A stretch of DNA of 64,000 nt from Felis catus (taxonomy: Eukaryota), in NCBI RefSeq assembly GCF_018350175.1, contig NC_058369.1, forward strand, positions 19,656,001 through 19,720,000, in the 5' to 3' direction. Positions 63,836 through 64,000 of this stretch are shown piece by piece (within the stretch, counting starts at the first letter, position 1; each line of letters begins with the position of its first letter). The position numbers and the translations under genes are program-made. Below the pieces are notes generated by a model. That model was not told the origin of the DNA and did no database searches. It was given only the letters and a program-made list of their open reading frames with translations.

Positions 63836-64000
63836 TTAGGTTTATTCGTAGGGATTTTATGGTTCTTGGTACAGTTGTGAATGGGATAAGTTTCTTTATT
63901 TCTCTTTCTGTTGCTTTATTATTAGTGTATAAAAATGCAACCGATTTCTGTACATTAATTTTGTACCCTGCAACTTTGGTGCATTCACGTATCAGTTCTA
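63832..64000 (-). mobile_element. L1 ORF2 fragment running off the window
   Basis: Similar to 5161-5329 of the young L1. Confidence 0.88.

Noticed and set aside
1..64000. CRISPR array, prokaryotic operon or novel multi-gene system
   Set aside because: Eukaryotic intron; all dispersed repeats are explained by SINE, LINE and TSD structure, with no regular repeat-spacer array.

Overview
Mammalian genomic DNA, almost certainly from a cat-family (felid) genome: it carries feline-type tRNA-derived Can-SINEs and a young cat-type LINE-1. The window lies inside a very large + strand gene. The only host coding sequence I find is an 84-nt exon at 56671-56754 encoding (V)ICSFRGSVPQGLVLEIGETVQIFEKCE(G). 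I recognise this as the N-terminal SH3 region of DOCK3 (second coding exon), so the rest is intron. Most of the window is nested interspersed repeats. (1) A young full-length antisense L1 (3418-9337) with intact ORF1 and an ORF2 broken only by two 1-nt homopolymer indels. (2) A complete Tigger1 DNA transposon (13236-26174) stretched from about 2.4 kb to about 13 kb by an EIF4A1 processed pseudogene, an older full-length L1, L1 tails and SINEs. (3) Ancient L1M fragments, an MLT2 LTR, L2/MIR relics, about 40 Can-SINEs and microsatellites. I see no evidence of a novel gene system. The most interesting signals are mechanistic: a SINE whose target-site duplication copied the DOCK3 exon branch point, five cases of the same target site being reused, a tail-less L1 fragment with a palindromic junction, a twin-primed L1, and a possibly competent L1. 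Repeat family names and reference proteins are recalled from memory, not from a database search.
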